From NCBI GenBank assembly GCA_964517315.1, contig CAZFCJ010000003.1, positions 4,487 through 68,486 of the forward strand: a stretch of 64,000 nucleotides of DNA, read 5' to 3'. The stretch is from an uncultured Anaerolineaceae bacterium (GTDB lineage Bacteria > Chloroflexota > Anaerolineae > Anaerolineales > E44-bin32). The first letter of the stretch is position 1. Every line of letters starts with the position of its first letter. A model generated the notes under the pieces. It saw nothing but the letters and a program-made list of their open reading frames with translations, was not told the DNA's origin and searched no databases. The position numbers and the translations under genes were made by a program. Shown piece after piece: positions 37,370-45,675 of the stretch.

Positions 37370-37753
37370 TCATGCCGGGGTCGATTGCGGTTCCTGGCGC
37401 ATATGCAGCCACAGGGCGACGATCAGGACGAGTTCATCGAGTTTGGTCAAATAGCCGAGCGGATCTACCTCCGTTCCACCGAAGCCTGTCCCGCCCAGGA
37501 TAAAGAACGCGACGATCGTGATCCCGGCAAAGGACATGAAGAGGTAATGGAAAAGGTCCCACTGCTCGGCCACGAAGCGCTGTTGAGTGAAGAACAGGGC
37601 CAGCAACCCAAGATAGCCGAGGCCGTTGAGTGTGAAGAGAATGTCCGGGCTGCCGGTTTCGCGCACGAAGGGGATGTTGAGGACGACGAGATGCACCCCG
37701 GCTGCGAACAAGCCGGTGACAAGGATTACGCCGCGGAGTGTCGAGCGGTTCAT
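37370..37753 (-). CDS. 4-TM membrane protein, paralog B (function unknown)
   Basis: 127 aa. ATGA overlap with the GT4 stop. Paralog of 36801..37172. Confidence 0.7.
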   Translation of the reverse strand: MNRSTLRGVILVTGLFAAGVHLVVLNIPFVRETGSPDILFTLNGLGYLGLLALFFTQQRFVAEQWDLFHYLFMSFAGITIVAFFILGGTGFGGTEVDPLGYLTKLDELVLIVALWLHMRQEPQSTPA

Positions 37754-38898
37754 AAAGTCCTCCTAGGATTGTTCGCTTCTTGTGTCTCTGCTGTTCCAAT
37801 TGGATCCTCGGAGCGGCCGCGGTGCCTCTGCATCAAGCTCCCCAAAAATTCCATGACCGTCTCTCCCGTGTCCTCCCAGGTGGGATGAGAAAGGTAGCGG
37901 GCCCGGGCGGCTTCGGCAAGTGGGACGAGCCGCTGGGACCGTTGAAGCAGGGGCCGCAAAATCCGCGCCAGGGTCTCGGGGGACTCGGGCGGCACAAGAT
38001 AGCCATTGCGTCCGTCTTCGACGAGCTCTTGGGCCCCGCCTCTGGCCGAGGCCACGACCGGGAGGCCGAATCCCATCGCTTCCAAGTACACCATCCCGAA
38101 CCCCTCAAGCTGCGAAGGCACCACGAGCAGATGGGCCTTGCGATAGCGCTGCCGCAGGGCCGCACGGGGCAGCTGCCCGTGAAACCGCACGCGCTCCTTA
38201 TCTCCGCCCCGTAGAGACAGCCGCCTCATTTTGCGGGCGTATTCAGGATCCAGATCCTCCCGCCCAACCACGTGCAGTCGCCAATTCTCGTCCCCTAAGT
38301 GCAGCAAGGCATGCAAAAGCGTGTGCAGGCCCTTGCGCGGGGTCAGTCCACCGACGAACAGCAGTTGGACCGGGTGTCCGGCATCCGGCGTGAGCTGGGC
38401 CTCGGACTCCGGGATGTTCTCACCGCGCCCCGGGTACGCGACCACGCCGGGAGCGGACGGCCCGATGAGGGCTCGGACGCTGTCTCGGGTGTGACGGGAG
38501 TTGAAGATGAAGCCGTCCAGGGTCCGCAGATAGGCGCTTTCCATCCACCGGTACAAAGCAGCCAAAGGGGAAGGGTGATCTTCCAGGCTGCGCAGATGAT
38601 GCACGATGGCCACCCTGGGCGGGCGGTCCGGCGGCAGCGCCCAACGATTGAGCCCCACCAAAGCCGGGTGACACAATTCATCCTGCAGCACGATGTCGGC
38701 CTCCAGCGCACGAAATCGATTGTGCCAATACCGGTCGAAATTTTGGGCAAGCTGCAAACCGTATCGTCGCCATGGGAGACTGACGACCTGCAGCGTCCAT
38801 CCGGCGTTTTGCAGTTCTTGCATGAGGCATCTGTCGTAAATGAATCCGCCCGTGGTCTCCGACAGATCGCCGCACAGGACCAGAGCGAGGCGGTTCAA
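37750..38898 (-). CDS. GT4-family (GT-B) glycosyltransferase
   Basis: Motif EGFGMVYLEAMGFGLPVVAS. Inferred TTG start at 38898 forms a TTGA overlap with the PTPS-like stop. The listed ORF extends to 39018. Confidence 0.8.
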   Translation of the reverse strand: MNRLALVLCGDLSETTGGFIYDRCLMQELQNAGWTLQVVSLPWRRYGLQLAQNFDRYWHNRFRALEADIVLQDELCHPALVGLNRWALPPDRPPRVAIVHHLRSLEDHPSPLAALYRWMESAYLRTLDGFIFNSRHTRDSVRALIGPSAPGVVAYPGRGENIPESEAQLTPDAGHPVQLLFVGGLTPRKGLHTLLHALLHLGDENWRLHVVGREDLDPEYARKMRRLSLRGGDKERVRFHGQLPRAALRQRYRKAHLLVVPSQLEGFGMVYLEAMGFGLPVVASARGGAQELVEDGRNGYLVPPESPETLARILRPLLQRSQRLVPLAEAARARYLSHPTWEDTGETVMEFLGSLMQRHRGRSEDPIGTAETQEANNPRRTL

Positions 38899-39302
38899 AG
38901 TTCCAGTGTAAAAGAAGCCCAGGCCTGATCGTCTTCCCAGAGTCGGACTTCGATCCAATCTACTTGAGGTTCGTCGATCTGGCCGGCCAACCCGCGGGCG
39001 AAAACTGTGGCGAACCACTCCAGGCTCGGGTTGCGGTCGGCGAAGGGCTGGAGTTCGTTGAGGGTTTGGTCGCGGTACCTCTCGATTTCCTGATCGAGGC
39101 GCCGCTCCACGTCGACCAGATCCAGCAGGTACTCATGCTCGTTCAGCTGGGCCGAGCCAAAACGGGCTTCGATCCGGTAGTGGTGGCTGTGCAGTTCATT
39201 TTCGGGCCCCCAATCGCCTCCCACGAGGTAGTGCTGGGCGACGAATTCCCGCCGTAAACATAGCTGGTACATGCCGCCGTGACCTCCCGTGTTCTGGCTC
39301 AC
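38895..39302 (-). CDS. 6-pyruvoyl-tetrahydropterin synthase/QueD-family (COG0720 T-fold) protein, non-canonical active site
   Basis: FVAQH...ENELHSHHY aligns with QueD FEAAH...CGRLHGH. The His triad is retained, but Glu sits at the catalytic-Cys position. Start is either GTG 39302 (GTGA overlap) or ATG 39272 (MYQLCLRREF). Confidence 0.75.
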   Translation of the reverse strand: MSQNTGGHGGMYQLCLRREFVAQHYLVGGDWGPENELHSHHYRIEARFGSAQLNEHEYLLDLVDVERRLDQEIERYRDQTLNELQPFADRNPSLEWFATVFARGLAGQIDEPQVDWIEVRLWEDDQAWASFTLEL

Positions 39303-40330
39303 CGCGCTTGACCATACGTGATCACGATTTGCACCGTGTCCTCCGGCCGGTCCAACAAGTCGTAGGCTTCTTCCGCCCTTTCAATCGGCAGCTCGTGGGT
39401 GATCAAGCGGGAAGGCCGGAGTCGGCGGGCAGCCAAGACTGCGGTCCGGAGGCGGCGGGATGCGGACCAGCGCCCGCGGTGTTTGGGATCTAGTCTTGAG
39501 ACTTGACTGCTGATGACCTTAAGTCCGGAGCGATGGAAACGCTGACCGAGCCGGAGGTGGACGGGATCCTCACCGTACCACGCGCCGACCACGACCCGCC
39601 CACTGTATCCAGTGGTCGCCAGAGCCAGGTCCAACGCGGCCGGTGCACCGGAAATCTCGAAGCTCAGATCCGCATCTGCCGGTTCGGGACTGGCGAGCAG
39701 CTCGCGGAGCTCCTCGCCCGCTTCCTTACGGCCCGGGTCGAGGCACTCGTCCGCGCCCCATTCCAGTGAGGCCCGGCGGCGGTTCGCTGCGGGATCCAGC
39801 GTGATGAGCCTCGCCAGCGGCAATTCTGCCAGAAGCGCGGTCGTCAGCAGGCCGACCACACCCTGCCCGTGGACGACGACCTTTTCGCCCACGAGGGGCG
39901 CGCCGTCCAGCATGAAGTTGACCGCCGTTTCCAGGTTAGCCATGAACACGGCGTCCTGCGGGGGCAGATCGTCCGGCAACGGAACGACGTCGTTGGGGTG
40001 GCAGATGAAGTGGCTCTCATGGGGACGAAATGCGAAAACACGGCGGCCGAGCCATGCCTGATCGGTGTGGGGCCCGGCCGCCTTGACCACGCCGACTGCA
40101 CTGTAACCGTACTTGAGCGGATACTCCAAACGTCCGTTTAACGCCGGCAAGCTGAAATCGACTTCGCTTCCCTCGGGGACCTGACCTTTGAAGAACAGCC
40201 GCTCCGTGCCGGCGCTCACCGCGGTGAGTTGGGTTCGGACAAGGATCTCGCCATGGCCCGGTTCAGGAACGGGGCCCTCGCGCACCTCGACCTGACCCGG
40301 CTCGCGTATCCACAGCGCCCGGTGTATCAT
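39299..40330 (-). CDS. MDR-superfamily zinc-type alcohol dehydrogenase-like oxidoreductase
   Basis: GroES-like N-terminal domain plus Rossmann motif VVVHGQGVVGLL. Start ATG 40330 forms an ATGA overlap with the RibD-like stop. Confidence 0.8.
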   Translation of the reverse strand: MIHRALWIREPGQVEVREGPVPEPGHGEILVRTQLTAVSAGTERLFFKGQVPEGSEVDFSLPALNGRLEYPLKYGYSAVGVVKAAGPHTDQAWLGRRVFAFRPHESHFICHPNDVVPLPDDLPPQDAVFMANLETAVNFMLDGAPLVGEKVVVHGQGVVGLLTTALLAELPLARLITLDPAANRRRASLEWGADECLDPGRKEAGEELRELLASPEPADADLSFEISGAPAALDLALATTGYSGRVVVGAWYGEDPVHLRLGQRFHRSGLKVISSQVSRLDPKHRGRWSASRRLRTAVLAARRLRPSRLITHELPIERAEEAYDLLDRPEDTVQIVITYGQAR

Positions 40331-41070
40331 CGTTGGTCCACGCTCGGCCGAGCCCAGAGGACCATATCGTCGCCGGCGGGCGCCCACCGGGGTTTTGTCA
40401 GTTCCGGGAAGCCTCTCGATTCGGGCCCAGCATCGTACGGCCGAACGCCGTTCATCATGCGCGGAGCGAGTGTGATGACGACCAAATCGACGAGGTCGGA
40501 CTGGAGGAAGCTGTGGATGATCCTCGCGCCTCCCTCCACCATCAACCGATCAACGCCGCGCTCGCGCAGCGCGCGGGCCAGTGCCGCCAGATCCAGTCTC
40601 TCAACATTGTTCTGAGGAATGTGCATGATCTCGACGCCCAGGGACTGCAGTTGGCTCTTGCGTTCCGGGTCGACGTCGGGGGCGCAGGCGATCCATGGCT
40701 TGAGGTCGCCAGTCACCAGCGTGCAATCCGGCGGCGTGCGAAGCCTGGAGTCGACGATAATGGCTTGTGGGTCCGAACCCTCCGAGCCGCGGGCCGTGAG
40801 TTGGGGGTCGTCCGCCAGGACGGTTCCAATGCCGACGAGAATCCCGTCATGCAGTGTACGAAGCTTATGTGTCATGGTCAATGAAGCGTCGCCGCTTAGG
40901 GTCGTCTTGACGCCCGGCTTGACAGAGATGCTGCCGTCGAGAGCCTGCGCGAACGTCAAGGTGAGGTGAGGCCGATCTGAATGCGGGAGCGCCTCGCTCA
41001 AGTGTGAGTAAAGCGCGCTAAGTGCGTCGTCCATTCGAAGGGCGCCGCGACTGCGCGTGTCCATCCCCAT
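40327..41070 (-). CDS. RibD C-terminal-domain reductase only (diamino/amino-ribosylaminopyrimidine 5'-phosphate reductase-like); no deaminase domain
   Basis: LTLTFAQALDGSI...LRTLHDGILVGIGTVLADDPQLT...RLMVEGGARIIHSFL matches the RibD_C/RIB7 pattern. Start is 41070 or 41034, and both overlap the ribA 3' end. Confidence 0.8.
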   Translation of the reverse strand: MGMDTRSRGALRMDDALSALYSHLSEALPHSDRPHLTLTFAQALDGSISVKPGVKTTLSGDASLTMTHKLRTLHDGILVGIGTVLADDPQLTARGSEGSDPQAIIVDSRLRTPPDCTLVTGDLKPWIACAPDVDPERKSQLQSLGVEIMHIPQNNVERLDLAALARALRERGVDRLMVEGGARIIHSFLQSDLVDLVVITLAPRMMNGVRPYDAGPESRGFPELTKPRWAPAGDDMVLWARPSVDQR

Positions 41071-41674
41071 CCGGAGTCAGGTCGAGCAGATGATTCAAGC
41101 GGACCGACTTGGCCCGCAGGTAGGAAGCGTTCTCGTCGGTGACCGGGGCCTCGAGTGGCACTCGGGCAGCAACGTGGATGCCGGCCTGATTCAGTTGGTC
41201 AATCTTATCCGGATTGTTGGTCAGCAGCCGCACGCTGAAGACATGCAAATCGCGGAGGATCGCAGCCGCGGTACTGTAGTCGCGCGCATCCGGCGCGTGG
41301 CCGAGCATCAGGTTGGCATCCACTGTATCGTAGCCTTCGTCCTGCAGGTTGTAGGCGCGAAGCTTATCCAGTAAGCCGATGCCTCGGCCTTCTTGGCGCA
41401 TATAGAGTACGACCCCCCGGCCCTCCTCCGCGATCTCGGCCAGTGAGCGCTTCAGCTGGACTCCACAGTCGCAGCGGGTTGAGCCCATCACGTCGCCCGT
41501 GAAGCACTCCGAGTGAATTCGCACGAGAACGGGATCCTCGGCGGTGAGGTCTCCCATCAGCATGGCCAGGTGCTGTTTATCGTCGCTGTCACTCTCGTAG
41601 AGACAAAGTCTGAATTCGCCCCTGCTGGTGGGGATGCGGGCCGAGGAGCGTATGCGGACTGCGGGGTCGGTCAT
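41018..41674 (-). CDS. ribA: GTP cyclohydrolase II (monofunctional, no RibB domain)
   Basis: Zinc-site HSECFTGD...RCDCG, RQEGRGIGL, and LRAYNLQD (Tyr equivalent to E. coli Y105 retained). Start set at ATG 41674 (MTDPAVRIR). Confidence 0.88.
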   Translation of the reverse strand: MTDPAVRIRSSARIPTSRGEFRLCLYESDSDDKQHLAMLMGDLTAEDPVLVRIHSECFTGDVMGSTRCDCGVQLKRSLAEIAEEGRGVVLYMRQEGRGIGLLDKLRAYNLQDEGYDTVDANLMLGHAPDARDYSTAAAILRDLHVFSVRLLTNNPDKIDQLNQAGIHVAARVPLEAPVTDENASYLRAKSVRLNHLLDLTPDGDGHAQSRRPSNGRRT

Positions 41675-41912
41675 GGCAGGTTCTGTCCTTGCGGTGTCGG
41701 GCGCACATTGCCGTCTCTCAAACGGCCGACCACGGTTTGTGCGCACATGAACTGCTGGATTGCCCTGGCGGGGACGTAGGCGTGGCCCTCCTCGTTATTT
41801 CTTACGGGCGAAAAGCGCATATTGGATTGAACCCATTCTACCGGATGTCCATGAGATGCGAATCCGCGGGAAGGGATGAACGCGATAACATTAGGCCGTT
41901 GCAGGTCGTGAA

Positions 41913-43676
41913 GTGAGCTCGGGAGCCCTACAGTTGCGCGAACCCAAGCAAGTTGCCCACAGCCAGGCAGTGCGCGATTATCGGCGCGCACGTCAGAAAG
42001 CGGCCTTGCAGATCATATTCGATCGGCTCCGCGGACGGCCCACAGAGCTGCTTTCTTATGAGCAGGTTCAAGACAAGCTGCGGGCTCGTCCATCGTCGTC
42101 GAAGAAGCTGCGCGAAATCCCCCTGAATTCCATTGTTGGCAGCGTAGGCCGTTACGGCGATTTCACCCGCTCGTTCCTGCCCCGCGATGCGAGCGATGAG
42201 CAGCGATGGGCGCGTGTCAAAGCTATGGCTGAGGACCTGCAGGGGCTGCCTCCGATCGACGTGTACAAGATCGGCGAAGCCTATTTCGTGAGCGACGGTC
42301 ACCACCGCGTTTCCGTCGCCCGAGAGTTCGGAGCGGCGACGATTGAAGCCTATGTGACGGAGGTCAGCGCCCGGGTGGCCGTCACAGCCGAGGACGAAGC
42401 CCGCGATGTCATTCTCAAGGGGGAGTACACACACTTCCTGCAGCGGACCGAGCTGGACAAGCTGCGGCCGGAGGCCGAGATCCGGCTCACAGAGCCCGGA
42501 AAGTATGAAGCGCTGCTGGAGCACATCGACGTGCACCGGTACTTCATGGGCATCGAGCGGTCTCAGGAGGTCCCCTACGGGCAAGCAGTCGTTCACTGGT
42601 ACGACAGCGTCTATCTGCCGGTCGTCCATTCGATCCGCCAACAAGGCATCTTAAGGGATTTCCCAGGACGCACCGAGGCGGATTTGTATCTGTGGGTCAT
42701 GGAACATCGTGAACAACTGCGCGAGAGTTTGGGTTGGGAGGTGACCGCCGACCAGGCTGCCGAGAGCCTGGCATTCCGCCATGGCCGAACGTCGAGCCGT
42801 GTGGTCGGCCGTGTGGGTGAGCGCATCCGAGAGGCGATCGTCCCCGAGGAGCTGGACGGCGGGCCACCCGCCGGCGACTGGCGACGGCAGGTCGTATCTC
42901 GGCGCACCGACGATCGGCTGTTCAGGGACATCCTGGTTCCGGTCAGTGGGGACGACGCGGGCTGGCAGGCGGTGGAGCAGGCCATAACCATCGCCCGGCG
43001 AGAGGGTGGCCGGATGCTCGGATTGCACGTGCTGGTCGGCGATGCCGAGGAGGAGCTGCAGCGCAGCAGACGGATGCGCGAGAGATTCCAATCCCGGTGT
43101 GAAGAGAGCGAAATCCCCGGCCAAATGATCGCTGAGTTCGGTGAGATTTCAGTGGTGATCGCCGAGCGGGCGCGCTGGACGGACCTGGTGGTCCTGAGCT
43201 TGCAGCACCCGCCGGGCGAAAGTCCCTCCGCCAGGCTGAGTTCGGGCCTTAGCAAACTCATCCGCCGCTGCCCGCGGCCGCTCCTTATCGTCCCCAATGA
43301 GGCGACCGAGCTGGCCCACCCACTGCTCGCCTACGACGGCAGTCCAAAGGCCCGGGAAGCGCTTTTCGTGGCGGCGTACGCGGCCTCGGCCTGGGGCCTG
43401 CCGCTCACCGTTCTCAGCGTGCAGGAGGACGATGGGGGTGGCGAGGCAGCGCTGCGCGAAGCACAAGGATATCTCGACGAACGAGGTGTGGAAGCCGAGT
43501 TCGTGCTGGGCGAAGGCGAGCTCGTAAGAGCTCTCCTGGAATTGGCGGAAGCGAAGGCGTGCGATCTGCTTCTCTTGGGGGGCTATGGAGCCAATCCGGT
43601 GTTGGAAGCGGTTTTGGGGAGCAGCGTCGACCAGGTGCTGCGCCGCTCAACGCTGCCGCTGCTGATCTGCCGTTGA
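41913..43676 (+). CDS. multidomain protein: ParB/sulfiredoxin-like N-terminal domain + helical middle region + two universal stress protein (USP) domains
   Basis: The YFVSDGHHRVSVAREFG motif (ParB-like DGHHR), then two USP-like modules (ILVPVSGDD..., LLAYDGSPKAREAL...). The start is uncertain (GTG 41913). Confidence 0.65.
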   Translation: MSSGALQLREPKQVAHSQAVRDYRRARQKAALQIIFDRLRGRPTELLSYEQVQDKLRARPSSSKKLREIPLNSIVGSVGRYGDFTRSFLPRDASDEQRWARVKAMAEDLQGLPPIDVYKIGEAYFVSDGHHRVSVAREFGAATIEAYVTEVSARVAVTAEDEARDVILKGEYTHFLQRTELDKLRPEAEIRLTEPGKYEALLEHIDVHRYFMGIERSQEVPYGQAVVHWYDSVYLPVVHSIRQQGILRDFPGRTEADLYLWVMEHREQLRESLGWEVTADQAAESLAFRHGRTSSRVVGRVGERIREAIVPEELDGGPPAGDWRRQVVSRRTDDRLFRDILVPVSGDDAGWQAVEQAITIARREGGRMLGLHVLVGDAEEELQRSRRMRERFQSRCEESEIPGQMIAEFGEISVVIAERARWTDLVVLSLQHPPGESPSARLSSGLSKLIRRCPRPLLIVPNEATELAHPLLAYDGSPKAREALFVAAYAASAWGLPLTVLSVQEDDGGGEAALREAQGYLDERGVEAEFVLGEGELVRALLELAEAKACDLLLLGGYGANPVLEAVLGSSVDQVLRRSTLPLLICR

Positions 43677-43768
43677 CCCGCGATGGAGTAGAATGAACCG
43701 CTCAGGTCCCTGCTCATCGTACGGGGCATCGTAGGCGGCCATAGCAGAAGAGAGGTCAGAGAACAGGC

Positions 43769-44761
43769 GTGAGTCTACTCGAGGTCCAAGAACTTTCCCG
43801 CAGCTACGATGGCGTTCAGGCGGTTAAGGGGGTCAGCTTCTCCGTGGAGGAGGGTGAAATTTTCGGCTTCCTGGGGCCAAACGGGGCAGGGAAGACCACC
43901 ACGATGCACATGCTCTCCACCCTGCTGCGTCCGTCGAGCGGTGGAGGGACGGTGGCGGGGCATGATGTGGTCCAAGACCCTCACGGGGTTCGGCGCACCA
44001 TCGGCGTCGTATTCCAGGAACCCAGCCTTGACGAGCAGCTGACCGGCCGCGAGAACCTGCGCTTTCACGCCATGCTGTACAACGTCGCTCGGGACACCTT
44101 CGACGACAGGGTTGAAGAACTGCTCAGCCTGGTGGAACTGAGCGACCGGGCGGACGACAAAGTGGAGACCTACTCGGGCGGGATGAAGCGCCGCCTCGAG
44201 ATGGTGCGGGGGCTCCTGCACCAGCCCAAACTCCTGTTTTTGGACGAACCGACCTTAGGGCTGGATCCGCAAACGCGCCGGCACATCTGGTCCTACCTGC
44301 ACGAACTGCGCGGGCGGGAAAACGTCACCATCTTCATGACGACTCATTACATGGACGAGGCGGAGAATTGTGACCGGATCGCGATCATCGATCGGGGAGA
44401 ATTGGTGGCATTGGACTCGCCGGCCGCGCTGAAGTCGATCGTCGGCGGCGATGTGATCACCGCCTGGACCAGCGACAACGAGGGCGCGCTGCGGCGGCTG
44501 AACCGGGAGAACGAATTGTCGGGTCGGCTGGGGCCGAGTGGTGAGCTCGTGCTCGAGGTCGCGGAGGGGGAGCGTTTCATCCCCGCCATGATGTCCGAGT
44601 TGAGCAACGGAGGAAGCCCGATCCGCGTCGAAAGCGTGAGCCTACGCAGGCCGACCCTGGAGGACGTTTTCATCAAGATCACCGGTCGTTCAATCCGGCC
44701 GCAAAGGGCCGAGGGCGCAGCCAGTCTCCCGATGCGCATCCGGGCGCGCAGAAGGCGTTAG
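43769..44761 (+). CDS. ABC transporter ATP-binding protein (ABC-2/DrrA-like exporter)
   Basis: Walker A GPNGAGKTT, signature YSGGMKRR, Walker B LLFLDEP. Confidence 0.88.
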   Translation: MSLLEVQELSRSYDGVQAVKGVSFSVEEGEIFGFLGPNGAGKTTTMHMLSTLLRPSSGGGTVAGHDVVQDPHGVRRTIGVVFQEPSLDEQLTGRENLRFHAMLYNVARDTFDDRVEELLSLVELSDRADDKVETYSGGMKRRLEMVRGLLHQPKLLFLDEPTLGLDPQTRRHIWSYLHELRGRENVTIFMTTHYMDEAENCDRIAIIDRGELVALDSPAALKSIVGGDVITAWTSDNEGALRRLNRENELSGRLGPSGELVLEVAEGERFIPAMMSELSNGGSPIRVESVSLRRPTLEDVFIKITGRSIRPQRAEGAASLPMRIRARRRR

Positions 44762-44767
44762 CCACCG

Positions 44768-45568
44768 ATGACTGCTTCCCTTCAGGCCGCTCTGCGCGGC
44801 GCGTTCACGATCTGGCTTCGCGATCTGATCCGGTTTTCGCGCGACCGATCGCGGCTCGCCTCCTCACTCGGACAACCGCTCCTGTTCCTGCTGCTCTTCG
44901 GCGGCGGCTTCTCGGCCGTGGTCTCGGAGCTGGGCGCCGGAGAGCTCGATTACACTCAATTCTTGTTCCCGGGGATTCTGGCGATGACCGTGCTCTTTAC
45001 CGCGGTGTTTTCGGCGGTCTCCGTCGTCTGGGACAGGGAATTTGGCTTCTTGAAGGAAGTGATGGTGGCGCCGGTTTCCCGCATCGCCGTCGCGGTGGGC
45101 AAAGTGGCGGGCGGCTCGACGGTGGCCCTACTGCAAGGGCTGATCATCATGGCCCTGGGGCCCGTCCTCGGAATTGGATTCTCGTTCGGGCAAGTTGTGC
45201 TGATATTTGGCATCCTGCTCCTGCTGGCGGTGATGATGACTTCCTTTGGCTTGTTGCTGGCGTCCCGACAGCAATCCATGGAAGGTTTTCATATGATGAT
45301 GAACTTCGTGCTGCTGCCCATGTTCTTCCTGTCGGGGGCGTTCTTTCCGCTGCGCGGGGTTCCGGCCTGGATGTACCTGTTGGCGACGGCCGATCCGGTG
45401 ACATACGGCGTCGACCCGTTGCGGCAGATCGTCCTTCGGGGTGAGATCAGCCAGGCAGCCCTGCAAACCATTGCCCTTCATCCCGTGGGCGTGAACGCCG
45501 TTCTGATGCTCGTCTTCGCGCTCGCTTTCTTGTTGCCCGGCGTCTGGCTCTTCAGCAGGCCGGAATAG
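44768..45568 (+). CDS. ABC-2 type transporter permease
   Basis: 266 aa, 6 predicted TM segments, adjacent to the DrrA-like ATPase. Confidence 0.8.
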   Translation: MTASLQAALRGAFTIWLRDLIRFSRDRSRLASSLGQPLLFLLLFGGGFSAVVSELGAGELDYTQFLFPGILAMTVLFTAVFSAVSVVWDREFGFLKEVMVAPVSRIAVAVGKVAGGSTVALLQGLIIMALGPVLGIGFSFGQVVLIFGILLLLAVMMTSFGLLLASRQQSMEGFHMMMNFVLLPMFFLSGAFFPLRGVPAWMYLLATADPVTYGVDPLRQIVLRGEISQAALQTIALHPVGVNAVLMLVFALAFLLPGVWLFSRPE

Positions 45569-45645
45569 CGACGTGACGCGAGCCGCTGTGGGGCGCGTCG
45601 TCTAGGGCGACTGTGCCGGCGCGTCGGGCCCGGTCTGTGTGCCAG

Positions 45646-45675
45646 ATCACAGCCTAATCTCCGCTACGGTATACT
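45646..45675 (+). promoter_or_regulatory. promoter candidate (ATCACA-18 nt-TATACT) heading a ~300-nt leader
   Basis: Hexamers read directly from the sequence. The -35 is a 4/6 match. Confidence 0.35.

Noticed and set aside
41761-41777. Minus-strand CCCCGCCAGGGCA resembling the 3' CCGCCUGGGCA block of the ZTP (pfl) riboswitch upstream of ribA
   Set aside because: It has one mismatch in the conserved block. The 5' pfl sub-domain (GGGUCGUGACUGGCGAAC...) is absent.
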